A DNA stretch of 64,000 nucleotides from Bacteroidota bacterium. Lineage in GTDB: Bacteria > Bacteroidota > Bacteroidia > Bacteroidales > CAIWKO01. Of the stretch, positions 33,127 through 43,413 are shown piece after piece. A program made the translations under genes and the position numbers. The notes under the pieces were generated by a model. That model did not search any database and was not told the origin of the DNA. It saw nothing but the letters and a program-made list of their open reading frames with translations. Numbering within the stretch: position 1 is the stretch's first letter; every line of letters begins with the position of its first letter. The stretch covers positions 1,345 through 65,344 of the forward strand of contig JBAXND010000017.1 of NCBI GenBank assembly GCA_037133915.1, in the 5' to 3' direction.

Positions 33127-36100
33127 TTATTTCACTATGACCATTTTTCGCACGAGTCGCTGCCCTTTAAATGCAAGACCGTAATAATACACGCCTGAGC
33201 CGAAATCCTTCAGATTCAAGCTGAGTGTATTGCCACCTGCTGCAGTTTCTATGGTTTCTGTATAAATAATTTTACCTAAAATATCGGTAATTGTAAACAC
33301 TGCTTTTCCTTTTTCAGGCAAAGAATACGGAATAATGGTCAGTATACCTGCCGGGTTCGGAATGTTTTGCCCCAGACCAAAGCCGTTGTTATCAGCACCT
33401 TCAATACCCGATGTATTTGTAAGTGCGGTGCATGTAGAATCATTTATGCGGTAATAATCGCTGCCTAATTTTGTAAATGCACACAACGAATAACCGGTTA
33501 ATGGTGCCTGATAGTGGTTCGTAAACGTGTATTCCACGGTATCTCCCGGATGCAGGGTCGCCATACAGTTTTCTACCATGAGTCCGCCACCCGATACCTG
33601 ATAGGCTACCGGGATGGTTGTAAGCGTGTCGATACCAAAGTTCATAATGGTAACTTTAGGATTCACAAACGCACCTCCAATTGTGCCGCCTGTAGGATCT
33701 GAAATTCTGATAACACCGGCATCTTTCGGAATTTTGGGAACATGAATTTGAACATCATCAACGGCCCAGCCATCGTAAGTGTTTATAGTTGCATCTGATG
33801 TGAAATAGAAACGTATTCTGAAATCCGGTTTATTATTAAATTGCGCCAGGTCGTAAATGGATTCCTCCCAATGTCCGAATTGCCCGTTAAATAAGTATTT
33901 TCCGTTCTGAAAAGTATTGTACCAATTTACGGCGCCCGGGTCGTTTTGATATCCGAGCGTTATCCAGGTTGTGCCTCCATTAATGGAATACTGCACATTT
34001 CCGCCGTCGTTGGGTTCGGTATCCATCCAATGCCAGAATGTAAGCACGGCGCCCTGTATATTCTGCAGATTTATTGAAGGCGAAATCAGGTAATCGTTCC
34101 TGCTGTTAAGATAGGTTCCTACAAGTCTGGTTTTATAGCAGCGTGTTGGGCTATGCACCGAATGAATGGTTGTTGCTGTTGGCACGCCTCTCTGCCACAG
34201 ACTTCCTGAGTTTACTGTCCATCCGTTGTTTTGTTCAAAGTTGTCATTATAATATAAAATCGGGGGAATGCCAAAGCAGTGCTGTATGGCTGTATCGTTA
34301 AAGGCGTTTGAATCACCTGTAAGAACGGTATAAGCAACAAGCAGATTCATTCCGGGGTTGAGTGTGACTGAAGGAAGACTTACTGTGTCAACCGCCGACG
34401 GGAACAAGGTGCCCGACCATGGAAATACCTGCGCTGTGCCGTTAAATACAGTTTTAATATCGAATGCACTCAGCGTATCAAGGCCATAATTTTTAACTAC
34501 AAGTTTCACCGGAATGGGCGTGCCTTCCGATTCGGCAGGCTCTGGTTTTACAATGGCCAGTACGCCCGCATCTTTGTGAAGCAGGGGCGAAATGAATACA
34601 TTATAATCTTCGGTTTCGCCATAATAATAATAGGCGCATGGAGTAACACTGACGGCATCTCCACTTTCAACCGCAACAATACGCATGCGGGTAAGCCCGG
34701 CTGTTGCCGTTACCGGGATGTTTATCGTTCCTGTGAGGGTTTGGGTTAACTGGTTTGTATAGGCCGAACCCCATACTACTTCAGACGGTTCTTCAAAAAT
34801 ACCGTTTGCGTTAAAGTCAATGTATGCTTCTACATACCCGGCATAACCATAAGAGCCGCTGAAACCAATACCTACAGAAACCGGATAGCTATTGCCCAGA
34901 AAACAGTGAGCCGGTGTCAATGCGGTGTAATCGCTGTAAGTGCCGTTATACGGGCTGGGTGAACTGTTGTTGATTCCTGCAAAAGTAACATGCGTAATAT
35001 CGTCGTCAGCAGTTGTAGCTGCTCCTGAAGCACAATACACAGGCATCTGGTTCTCTACCGATTTGTAGGCTGTATCATTGATGTGGGTATTGTCGCCGGA
35101 AAGGCCGGTGAAGGCTTTCAGATTATAAATGGCATGCATTCCAAGACCTGCAGTTCCTGTAAATAGATATGAAAGTGTATCGCCGGGTTGTATGGTTGTG
35201 CTCACGATTTCAGTAAGCGGCGCAAAATTATTAATCTGGAATGATACCGGAAAACCGCTGATGGCAGAAGAGCCAAAGTTTTTTATTCTCACTGAAATTG
35301 GTTCTGCGGCTGTTAGATTTATTGCAGTGTTCGGAGTATCAATTGCAACAACTCCTGCATCAAAAGGCGGAATGCCTGTTACATTCACCTGAACCATTAC
35401 TCTATTGCTTGAGCAGCCTGATGAAGTGCCTTTAAAGCGAATATTGGGCCGTTGGAAAATAGCATTAAAATATGATGGTGGGCTGGGGCAAACGGAACCA
35501 CCGTCGGAATGATAATCCAGTGTTGAAGCGTAGGTGGTTGTCGACTGGTTCAAAATGGCATTCGTAGTGTATGCTGACGGATAGTTGTCGAAACAGGTTT
35601 CAATGAGAATATTGCTGACGCCGTCCCAAATAAATGGTGTTGAGAACAGATGAGAATTCCACCCGATTGTATTTGTAAATGAACTTACGTTGTAAACCTG
35701 TGTGAGACCAGTGTTGGTCCATGATGTCAGCGAATTAATATTTGTTGCTGCGATTTTAATATTGAAGTTTGAAAGAGCGCTGCCTGCGGGGCTTACTACG
35801 TCAAAAGCACATCCTTGAATTGGTCCGGGGCCCATGCCTGCCGCCAGAAGTTCTGATGCAGGGATCAACATTTGCTGTTTGGCACCCTTATAATAATTGC
35901 CGTACGGACAAGGATAACTGTATGTCGTATTTACAAGATTCCCGGTTCCAATATCAAAATCGGTCCCGCCTGATCCATTCTTGGCTTCAACATAAAAATA
36001 GGCTGTATCATAGAGTATGGGGGTAGTGTAATCATGCGACATTACTAAATAATTGCCTCCCGACGGCTGGTCGTACCAGTAAACAGTGACCGGCGATGAA

Positions 36101-38874
36101 GCATGAAGCAGTGTATCGGTAGCATAGGGTATGTCGTACACGGCAGTGACGACAGGCGCTGCAGGAATAAACTTTGAGCCAACGCTTTTAACAAGAGTAT
36201 CATTGAATGCAAACGGATCGCCGGGCAGTGCAATCCATGCTTTAATAACAAAGGTAGAATCTGCCGAAACAACAGCCAGGTTTGCCTGAACAGAAAAAGT
36301 ATATAATGCCGTGTCACCGGGAGCAAAGGTTCCGGGTATTGTTTCTGCTGGAATGGCTGTGGCTCCCGCAATCTGATAGTCGGCCGCAAGATTCCCGAAA
36401 ATTGTGTCGGAGCCCGTATTCTTAAACTGAATCGTTACGTCTTCCATACCCAGTCCGCAACCGTCGTTAGGCGATGTTACTTTCAGCAGTTTGGCTTCCT
36501 GGGCAGGCGGTTCGAATATCTGAATATTATCAAGATAAACACCATTGCCGTTTGGTGTGGTATAATCGCGCGGATAATAAACTTTAGACTGAAATTCGAT
36601 AATCAGGTAGGGCGCCGGCAAGAACGATGACAGCATGTATTCATAGGTTGTATAGAGCGAATTAGCTCCGGCAGGACTCATGTGCGGAGTTATCATCGTG
36701 CCATTAACGGTTACCCTGAAATTGGTGTATTCATTCGCGTAAGCATACAAAAGCATGGCATCAAATTTTAGTTTCAACACAGAGTAACCCGTTGTATTGA
36801 CTACCAGTTTGGTTGTTGCCAGATGCGAAGGATTTACCGTGGGGAGCCAGCAGTAGTAAGGCGAAAGTATATTCGTATCAGGATTGCTGATGTTCCAGTT
36901 AATATAATTATTTACATCCATGGCGATACCGCCCGGACTGTTATTTCCTGCTGCTGCAAGGAAATCCACCCTGCCCTGAGCGCCGGTGGTGATACAAAAA
37001 TCATTCAGTGACGCCAATGAGTCCAGATCATTAAAATAGGGTAGCGCGATGGGTGCAAGAACACTGAAATTCACGGTGAGTGTATCGTTAAAACTCAGAC
37101 CATCGCCGCTAAGCATCGTATATATTTTAATGGTGTGATTTCCGGCAGTTACCGTCATGGGAGTGCTGAATGCGAAGGTGTCAATGGCTCCTGCCACCAG
37201 GCTGTCGTTCCATGCTTCGACCACAGGGGCGCCGTTATCGAGTTTATACGCAATATTAACCGGTCCGTGCATCGTAAGTGAACCAAAGTTTTTAATGACT
37301 GCTGTTACATTGTGATTGCCTGAAACGAGGCATGTATTGAAATCAGGAGTAAGGGCAGCTTCCGCACCGGCATCCAGCGGGTAAGGAGGAACAATGGAAA
37401 AATCGTCCATGCTGATGCCGTCGTACTGACCGGAGCCGTCGGATGTGAAAACGAACCTGAACTGAACCGGTCCAACCACATTGTTCAGTTGGGTAAGGGT
37501 ATACTCACATTTTACCCAGCCGCCCGACTGATATGACCATCCGGGTTTCTGGCTGGAATTGAGTGAAGCATAATTATACCAGTTTACGCCATTGGGATCG
37601 CCCATGGCACCCAGCACATTCCATGTAATGCCGTCGATTGTATAATCAATGCGTGTTCCGTCCCAGCCCTGTTCAACATAATAATTCAGCCAGAACGACA
37701 TCTTTGCATTTACCGTAGAAGAAAAATCGAATACCGGCGAAAAAAGCATGCAATTTGCGCCTGCACCATAAATCGTATTTAAGTTCACATCCCAGGCATT
37801 GGGCGCTGAATGAGCGCTGTTGGTTGTTCCATATGCGGGTGTTCCAAGTTCCCAGTTAGAACCTGCCGTAAGACTTGTATCAACCCATGTCAGACCGGCA
37901 CCGTCAAAGTTATCAATATAAGGAAATGTAATTCCTGAGGTTGCCACAAACGAACGGAATCCGCTGTTTGGATTGAGCGCGCTGTTATGAGCAAGACTGT
38001 TGTCCCAGGCTTTGATATAATATTTCACCGTATCAAGATTTAATACAGATGGAATGATTCCCACCATGGTATCGCCGCCGGTAACGGTCATCAGCACAGA
38101 ATCAATGGCCGAGTTGTTTACTTTATAATAGGTATATGCTTTTTGAATTCCCGAACCATCGCTTATTTTTGCTTTGATATTGAAGGGGCCGAGATTGTAC
38201 ACCGTTCCCTGAAAATTAGGTGCTATATAGGTTATTGTCGGGGGTGTGAGTTCCGAAAAAGATGCCGTAACCTTTATATTATCAAGAAACCATCCGCGGG
38301 CACCGTTGCTGCCATTCATATTGCCATCGCGCAAAGCAAAACGGATTCTTACATTGGCCTGATTGCCTACCAGCAGGGAAATATTGAAGGTTTCATGTTT
38401 CCACCAGCTCTGTTGAGGTTTCGCAATAGCATTGGTTGACTGCCAGTCGATAGGGTAGGTGTTTCCGCAGAATTTGTTACCGCTGTTCACAAATTGTGAA
38501 TTGCCCGGATCTATGTATTCGGTAGCCGTCAGCTTTGTCCAGGGTCCGTTATTCACGGAAACCTGAATCTCACCACCATCCACAATTTCGGTTTTGCAAA
38601 TATGGTCAAAGTCGAGAAAAACATAGGAAAGTCCTGTGGTGCTGAACGCGGACGTTACCAGATATGACGTATCGTTTATCTGAACGTAATTTGTGTCGCA
38701 GTTTGGTCCGCTTACGGACAACCGCGAACTGACTGCCCAGCCAAGCGGCGTGCCGTTAGAGGTTACACTGTCGGCTAATGACGAGGGGTCGAAATTCTCG
38801 TGGTAAATAACACTTTGGGCTGATGATATCAATGAGAATAAAAGCATCCCCATGCCTAGCAGTAATTGCCTCAT
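33127..38874 (-). CDS. Giant modular secreted protein (1915 aa): MAM/choice-of-anchor-like modules, CARDB-like modules, a GEVED domain and a T9SS C-terminal sorting domain
   Basis: Signal peptide MRQLLLGMGMLLFSLISSAQ. Five modules of similar length begin near a DAG/EAK motif and end in xNDT. A GEVED-type domain (VYCASGAATTADDDITHVTF...YYYGETEDYNVFI) lies at about nt 34600-35045. The C-terminal CTD reads LGQNIPNPAG...GVYYYGLAFKGQRLVRKMVIVK. Confidence 0.8.
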   Translation of the reverse strand: MRQLLLGMGMLLFSLISSAQSVIYHENFDPSSLADSVTSNGTPLGWAVSSRLSVSGPNCDTNYVQINDTSYLVTSAFSTTGLSYVFLDFDHICKTEIVDGGEIQVSVNNGPWTKLTATEYIDPGNSQFVNSGNKFCGNTYPIDWQSTNAIAKPQQSWWKHETFNISLLVGNQANVRIRFALRDGNMNGSNGARGWFLDNIKVTASFSELTPPTITYIAPNFQGTVYNLGPFNIKAKISDGSGIQKAYTYYKVNNSAIDSVLMTVTGGDTMVGIIPSVLNLDTVKYYIKAWDNSLAHNSALNPNSGFRSFVATSGITFPYIDNFDGAGLTWVDTSLTAGSNWELGTPAYGTTNSAHSAPNAWDVNLNTIYGAGANCMLFSPVFDFSSTVNAKMSFWLNYYVEQGWDGTRIDYTIDGITWNVLGAMGDPNGVNWYNYASLNSSQKPGWSYQSGGWVKCEYTLTQLNNVVGPVQFRFVFTSDGSGQYDGISMDDFSIVPPYPLDAGAEAALTPDFNTCLVSGNHNVTAVIKNFGSLTMHGPVNIAYKLDNGAPVVEAWNDSLVAGAIDTFAFSTPMTVTAGNHTIKIYTMLSGDGLSFNDTLTVNFSVLAPIALPYFNDLDSLASLNDFCITTGAQGRVDFLAAAGNNSPGGIAMDVNNYINWNISNPDTNILSPYYCWLPTVNPSHLATTKLVVNTTGYSVLKLKFDAMLLYAYANEYTNFRVTVNGTMITPHMSPAGANSLYTTYEYMLSSFLPAPYLIIEFQSKVYYPRDYTTPNGNGVYLDNIQIFEPPAQEAKLLKVTSPNDGCGLGMEDVTIQFKNTGSDTIFGNLAADYQIAGATAIPAETIPGTFAPGDTALYTFSVQANLAVVSADSTFVIKAWIALPGDPFAFNDTLVKSVGSKFIPAAPVVTAVYDIPYATDTLLHASSPVTVYWYDQPSGGNYLVMSHDYTTPILYDTAYFYVEAKNGSGGTDFDIGTGNLVNTTYSYPCPYGNYYKGAKQQMLIPASELLAAGMGPGPIQGCAFDVVSPAGSALSNFNIKIAATNINSLTSWTNTGLTQVYNVSSFTNTIGWNSHLFSTPFIWDGVSNILIETCFDNYPSAYTTNAILNQSTTTYASTLDYHSDGGSVCPSPPSYFNAIFQRPNIRFKGTSSGCSSNRVMVQVNVTGIPPFDAGVVAIDTPNTAINLTAAEPISVRIKNFGSSAISGFPVSFQINNFAPLTEIVSTTIQPGDTLSYLFTGTAGLGMHAIYNLKAFTGLSGDNTHINDTAYKSVENQMPVYCASGAATTADDDITHVTFAGINNSSPSPYNGTYSDYTALTPAHCFLGNSYPVSVGIGFSGSYGYAGYVEAYIDFNANGIFEEPSEVVWGSAYTNQLTQTLTGTINIPVTATAGLTRMRIVAVESGDAVSVTPCAYYYYGETEDYNVFISPLLHKDAGVLAIVKPEPAESEGTPIPVKLVVKNYGLDTLSAFDIKTVFNGTAQVFPWSGTLFPSAVDTVSLPSVTLNPGMNLLVAYTVLTGDSNAFNDTAIQHCFGIPPILYYNDNFEQNNGWTVNSGSLWQRGVPTATTIHSVHSPTRCYKTRLVGTYLNSRNDYLISPSINLQNIQGAVLTFWHWMDTEPNDGGNVQYSINGGTTWITLGYQNDPGAVNWYNTFQNGKYLFNGQFGHWEESIYDLAQFNNKPDFRIRFYFTSDATINTYDGWAVDDVQIHVPKIPKDAGVIRISDPTGGTIGGAFVNPKVTIMNFGIDTLTTIPVAYQVSGGGLMVENCMATLHPGDTVEYTFTNHYQAPLTGYSLCAFTKLGSDYYRINDSTCTALTNTSGIEGADNNGFGLGQNIPNPAGILTIIPYSLPEKGKAVFTITDILGKIIYTETIETAAGGNTLSLNLKDFGSGVYYYGLAFKGQRLVRKMVIVK

Positions 38875-39060
38875 GATTAATTGTTTTTATTATTTGTTAA
38901 AATTGCATTGGAAACCAAGCGTAAACATAATTAATATTTTTTGGATATACAAAAAATGTTTTATAAGTAGCTATTTTCGTTGATGTTCGGTAGTTAGTAT
39001 TCAGCATTCGTTCTTAAAAAAGTAAATCCATGTTTTAATCACTGTTTTTCAAATAACAAT

Positions 39061-39068
39061 TATATTTG
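39061..39068 (+). promoter_or_regulatory. -7 box TATATTTG upstream of gcvP
   Basis: Matches TAnnTTTG and lies 46 nt upstream of ATG 39114. It overlaps the TTG that the ORF track uses as the start. Confidence 0.45.
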
Positions 39069-39113
39069 TGCCTGCATAATAAACTACTGTTGATTAACAT
39101 AAAATATACTGAA

Positions 39114-41993
39114 ATGATAACCGGAAATTTTGCAAAAAGACATAACGGACCGAATAAAGAACAGACCGGCCGGATGCTTGAAAAAATAGGTGCTTCTTCG
39201 CTTGATGAACTCATAAATCAAACCATACCTGCAACCATCCGCCTCAAAGCTCCGCTTAATCTTCCCAAAGGAATAAGCGAGTACGAATACCTTCAGGCGA
39301 TACGCCAAAAAGGGGCGATGAATAAATTGTACAGGAATTACATTGGATTGGGATATTACAATACGATTTTACCTCCGGTAATTCAACGCAACATTCTTGA
39401 GAATCCGGGTTGGTACACCTCATACACACCTTATCAGGCAGAGATTTCGCAAGGGCGACTTGAAGCACTTCTGAATTTTCAGACGATGGTTTCTGATCTT
39501 ACGGCCTTGCCCATTGCCAATGCGTCTTTGTTGGATGAAGCCACTGCTTCGGCCGAAGCAATGATTATGTTTTTCAACAATCGTTCGCGCGAAGCGGTTA
39601 AAACCGGTGCCAATAAATTTTTTGTGTCGCAGAATATTTTTCCGCAGACCATTGATGTACTTAGAACCCGTGCGCTTTCGCTGAATATTGAACTTGTGAT
39701 AGGTTGCCATCAAAGCATTGAACTGGATGAGAAAACTTTTGGCGCCCTGATACAATATCCGAATCAGAAAGGTAAAATTTCCGATTATCCCGCATTTGTT
39801 GAAAAAGCTCATGCAAAGGGCATTTCGGTTGCGGTTGCTGCCGACCTGCTCTCACTCACGCTGCTTACGCCTCCGGGCGAATGGGGTGCCGACGTTGTTT
39901 TAGGTTCAACTCAGCGTTTCGGAATACCTATGGGTTTTGGCGGACCGCATGCTGCATTTTTCTCCACTACTGAAAAATTCAAACGAGCCATCCCCGGAAG
40001 AATCATTGGTATTTCTGTAGATGCTCAGGGAAACAGGGCGCTCCGCATGGCTTTGCAAACACGCGAACAGCACATCAAGAGAGAACGTGCTACATCCAAT
40101 ATTTGTACGGCGCAGGCATTGCTCGCCATCATGGCAGGCATGTACGCTGTATGGCATGGTCCTGAAGGTCTGAAAGAAATTGCACGTCACATAAATATTC
40201 TCACCGGTGTGCTTTCCGCAGAACTCAAGAAATATGGTTTTGAACAAATGAACGACTATTTCTTTGATACACTTTATGTGAAAATGCCATCGGCCACGAT
40301 ACAAGAAAACATCCGCAAAGCCGCGCTGCAAAACGAAATTAATTTCCGCTACGACGGAACAGAATACATCGGCATTTCGCTTGACGAAACCACATCACTC
40401 ACCGATGTGAATACCATTCTTTCAATTTTCGCCAAAGCGAACGGTAAAGAATTCAATGCTTTTGTGTGCGACCCGAAAGAGTGTTCAAAGATTTCAACCA
40501 TACCCGAAAATCTAAAACGCACCTCATCATTTCTGAAACATGCGATATTCAACACTTGTCAGTCGGAAACGGAAATGATGCGCTACATCAAAAAACTGGA
40601 AGTAAAAGATTTGTCGCTCAACCGTTCCATGATACCGCTGGGTTCATGCACTATGAAACTGAATGCCGCCAGCGAACTGTTTTCACTGAGCTGGCCCGAA
40701 TTCGGCGCCATGCATCCGTTTGTACCCATTGATCAGGCTGCAGGTTATATGAGCATGCTCGAAGAACTTGAAAAATCCCTGTGTGAAATTACAGGTTTTG
40801 CAGCAGTTTCATTTCAGCCAAACTCAGGCGCAGCGGGTGAATACGCAGGATTGATGGTAATCAAACAGTACCTCAATGCTCATGGCGGCGGACATCGTGA
40901 TATCGTTCTGATTCCTGAATCGGCACACGGAACAAACCCTGCAAGTGCTGTAATGGCCGGCCTTAAAGTGAATGTTGTGAAATGCGATGCTCAGGGAAAT
41001 ATTGACACTGAAGATCTGAAAGCAAAAGCTGAGGCAAATAAAGATCAGCTTGCGGCACTTATGGTGACTTATCCTTCTACACACGGCGTGTTTGAAGAAA
41101 ATATTCTCGAGATTGTAAAAATTATTCATGAAAATGGCGGGCAGGTTTACATGGATGGTGCCAACATGAATGCACAGGTTGGTTTTACAAGCCCCGGCTT
41201 TATTGGTGCCGACGTGTGCCACCTGAATCTGCATAAAACATTTGCCATTCCTCACGGTGGAGGTGGTCCGGGCATTGGTCCGATTGGTGTTGCAAAACAT
41301 CTTGTGCCTTATCTTCCCGGTCACATTTTTGACGCAGACTGCAGAGCGCAATGTCCGACAGCCGTGTCATCAGCACCGTTCAGCAGTGCACTGATACTGC
41401 CGATTTCTTTTGGTTATATAAAAATGATGGGTGGCGACGGACTGATGGAAGCCACTAAATACGCCATACTCAACGCAAATTATTTGAAAGTTTGTCTGGA
41501 ACCTTATTATCCGGTGCTGTACTCCGGTTCAAAAGGAAGAGTGGCTCATGAGATGATTTTAGACTGTAACGGGTTCAGGCAGGCAGTTGGTATTGATGCA
41601 ATAGATATCGCTAAAAGGCTTATGGATTACGGATTTCATGCACCAACCGTTGCATTCCCGGTTCACGGAACGCTGATGGTAGAGCCCACCGAAAGCGAGC
41701 CTTACTCGGAGCTGAACCGTTTTGTAGAAGCCATGATTTCTATTCATGCGGAGATTATTGAAGTGATGGAAGGCAGGGCTGATAAGGCAAACAACCTCAT
41801 TAAGAATGCACCGCACACTGCCATGATGATTGCCGACGATAACTGGGTGCTGCCATACAGCAGAAAGCAAGCGGCTTTCCCGATGCCATGGTCAACCAAT
41901 GATAAATACTGGCCCACGGTAACGCGCATTGATGATGCATACGGCGATCGCAACCTGATGTGCACCTGCGAACCGATTGAATCATATAAATAA
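39114..41993 (+). CDS. gcvP: Glycine dehydrogenase (decarboxylating), glycine cleavage system P protein
   Basis: About 959 aa from ATG 39114 (MITGNFAKRHNGP). It has YTPYQAEISQGRLEALLNFQTMV, ATSNICTAQALLA and the PLP-lysine context HLNLHKTFAIPHGGGGPG. Confidence 0.95.
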   Translation: MITGNFAKRHNGPNKEQTGRMLEKIGASSLDELINQTIPATIRLKAPLNLPKGISEYEYLQAIRQKGAMNKLYRNYIGLGYYNTILPPVIQRNILENPGWYTSYTPYQAEISQGRLEALLNFQTMVSDLTALPIANASLLDEATASAEAMIMFFNNRSREAVKTGANKFFVSQNIFPQTIDVLRTRALSLNIELVIGCHQSIELDEKTFGALIQYPNQKGKISDYPAFVEKAHAKGISVAVAADLLSLTLLTPPGEWGADVVLGSTQRFGIPMGFGGPHAAFFSTTEKFKRAIPGRIIGISVDAQGNRALRMALQTREQHIKRERATSNICTAQALLAIMAGMYAVWHGPEGLKEIARHINILTGVLSAELKKYGFEQMNDYFFDTLYVKMPSATIQENIRKAALQNEINFRYDGTEYIGISLDETTSLTDVNTILSIFAKANGKEFNAFVCDPKECSKISTIPENLKRTSSFLKHAIFNTCQSETEMMRYIKKLEVKDLSLNRSMIPLGSCTMKLNAASELFSLSWPEFGAMHPFVPIDQAAGYMSMLEELEKSLCEITGFAAVSFQPNSGAAGEYAGLMVIKQYLNAHGGGHRDIVLIPESAHGTNPASAVMAGLKVNVVKCDAQGNIDTEDLKAKAEANKDQLAALMVTYPSTHGVFEENILEIVKIIHENGGQVYMDGANMNAQVGFTSPGFIGADVCHLNLHKTFAIPHGGGGPGIGPIGVAKHLVPYLPGHIFDADCRAQCPTAVSSAPFSSALILPISFGYIKMMGGDGLMEATKYAILNANYLKVCLEPYYPVLYSGSKGRVAHEMILDCNGFRQAVGIDAIDIAKRLMDYGFHAPTVAFPVHGTLMVEPTESEPYSELNRFVEAMISIHAEIIEVMEGRADKANNLIKNAPHTAMMIADDNWVLPYSRKQAAFPMPWSTNDKYWPTVTRIDDAYGDRNLMCTCEPIESYK

Positions 41994-42016
41994 AAGTGGG
42001 GGTTTAATACAGAAAA

Positions 42017-42045
42017 GGCGGGGCTTTCAAGCACCCGCCTTTTTT
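42017..42045. terminator. Terminator hairpin between the convergent gcvP and T9SS cargo genes
   Basis: GGCGGG (42017-42022) pairs with CCCGCC (42034-42039), followed by T6, with an A-rich left flank. Confidence 0.7.
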
Positions 42046-42062
42046 ATTGTGCGAAAAGTAAT

Positions 42063-43076
42063 TTACCTACTGACTGCAATTTTCTGCGCAAGCCTACTGC
42101 TGCCCGAGTTCAGCAGCAAATAATAATTGCCTGCCGGCAACGATGAAAGATCAATTTGATATCCTGCACCAAGAACGGCAGCACTAATGTTTATCGGTTC
42201 TAATACCGTACGGCCGTTTGCGTCGAGCAGCATTATGCGGACATTTACAGACGGTTCTTGCATTTCGGCGGTAACGTTAAGAATTTCTGATACAGGATTC
42301 GGATAGATGTTCATGCGTATGCCGTTTACAAAGGGCGATTCGCATAAGCCGGCGTTGGTCATATCTACGACGGGAAAAATCATAGCGTCAATATTGAGGG
42401 AATAATCTTCATAACCTGCCGCCTGTAAGGTATACCAGGAGCCGTCGCTCCATTTTTCCCACACGCGTTCAAGGCTGTCACCTTCGCCGTTTGATGAGCT
42501 TACCATACCAATAGTATCATCAACAAAACCCGTCATGTCGAAGCCGAGTAAATAATCGTAATACATGATTTCCGGCGATGAGAACAAAGCAACATGGGCG
42601 TTGGCAAAGGATGATGAGGTATCAACGGCATCCATCGGTACTTTTATGCTGTTGCGCTTTGATCCCGGACAGCCCTGATTGTGAGAACCGGCTAAGGTAG
42701 AACCGCCATAGCCATTCATGTCCCATGCAGCAAACTCAATGGTATCAGGTGTTCCTATGATGGTTTTATCGCCAAACCAAAAAATGCCGCCTTCCAGCAC
42801 ATACGATAATGTTACAGGAAAAAACTCGCCTTTACAAACATCGCCATAAGAATTATTGCCAAGAACATAGCCACCATCAATACCGGAAATAAGTACCGGA
42901 TGAATGCTGTCCAGCCAGTTTCCCTGAAGGTTTCCCGGAAGCAGGGTATCGGTAGCTGTTTTGGCTGAATAAGTGTGATTCCGTTTCATTGAAATCATGG
43001 TCCCTGCTTCTTTCTGTGCAAAACACAGCATTGTATAAGCACTGAGAATCGTAACAAACAAAAGTTTTTTCATCAT
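42063..43076 (-). CDS. Secreted protein of unknown function with T9SS C-terminal sorting domain
   Basis: 337 aa with a signal peptide (MMKKLLFVTILSAYTMLCFAQ) and a C-terminal CTD (NIYPNPVSEILNV...AGNYYLLLNSGSSRLAQKIAVSR). Confidence 0.7.
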   Translation of the reverse strand: MMKKLLFVTILSAYTMLCFAQKEAGTMISMKRNHTYSAKTATDTLLPGNLQGNWLDSIHPVLISGIDGGYVLGNNSYGDVCKGEFFPVTLSYVLEGGIFWFGDKTIIGTPDTIEFAAWDMNGYGGSTLAGSHNQGCPGSKRNSIKVPMDAVDTSSSFANAHVALFSSPEIMYYDYLLGFDMTGFVDDTIGMVSSSNGEGDSLERVWEKWSDGSWYTLQAAGYEDYSLNIDAMIFPVVDMTNAGLCESPFVNGIRMNIYPNPVSEILNVTAEMQEPSVNVRIMLLDANGRTVLEPINISAAVLGAGYQIDLSSLPAGNYYLLLNSGSSRLAQKIAVSR

Positions 43077-43106
43077 TAAAATGGGTATTTATCTCACAAA
43101 TTTCAG

Positions 43107-43114
43107 CAAATATA
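43107..43114 (-). promoter_or_regulatory. -7 box (TATATTTG on the minus strand) for the 42063-43076 gene
   Basis: The plus strand reads CAAATATA, 31 nt upstream of the start at 43076. Confidence 0.45.
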
Positions 43115-43347
43115 GTGAAACAGGCCGATACGATAATGTTTTTGATTTGTAGGTTACAGAAATTAAAAGTTCATGAAAAGAAGGATTTTGATGCACATTC
43201 GCACTTGCTATTTTCACGAAGGATGCCAATTGGTGTCAAAATATATAGATAAGAGATTTATTAATATATTGACAGGCAAAGGCTTATTTGGTTGAAACTT
43301 TTTCCCAAAAAAATATTTCAAAACGAAACTCATAATATAATAATTGT

Positions 43348-43355
43348 TATTTTTG
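43348..43355 (+). promoter_or_regulatory. -7 box TATTTTTG for the 43414-44562 gene
   Basis: Matches TAnnTTTG and lies 59 nt upstream of the ATG. Confidence 0.4.
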
Positions 43356-43413
43356 TACTATTCAAGAAGAAAACTATTAACCAAATTTAATTAACCCAAA
43401 ACTCAAAACAATC

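Noticed and set aside
39066-39113. N-terminal extensions in the ORF track (gcvP TTG 39066, fusA TTG 5825, PepSY-like TTG 49751, RHS 60541, relA/spoT 63393, helicase 4734)
   Set aside because: The extensions add non-conserved residues ahead of the canonical N-termini or signal peptides. Some start at TTG and several contain the gene's own -7 promoter box. Internal ATG starts were preferred.
39084-41985. Multiple antisense ORFs within gcvP (for example 39420-39812, 39906-40331, 40824-41351)
   Set aside because: They lie opposite a highly conserved 959-aa P-protein frame. They are Cys/His/Arg-rich with antisense-type composition.
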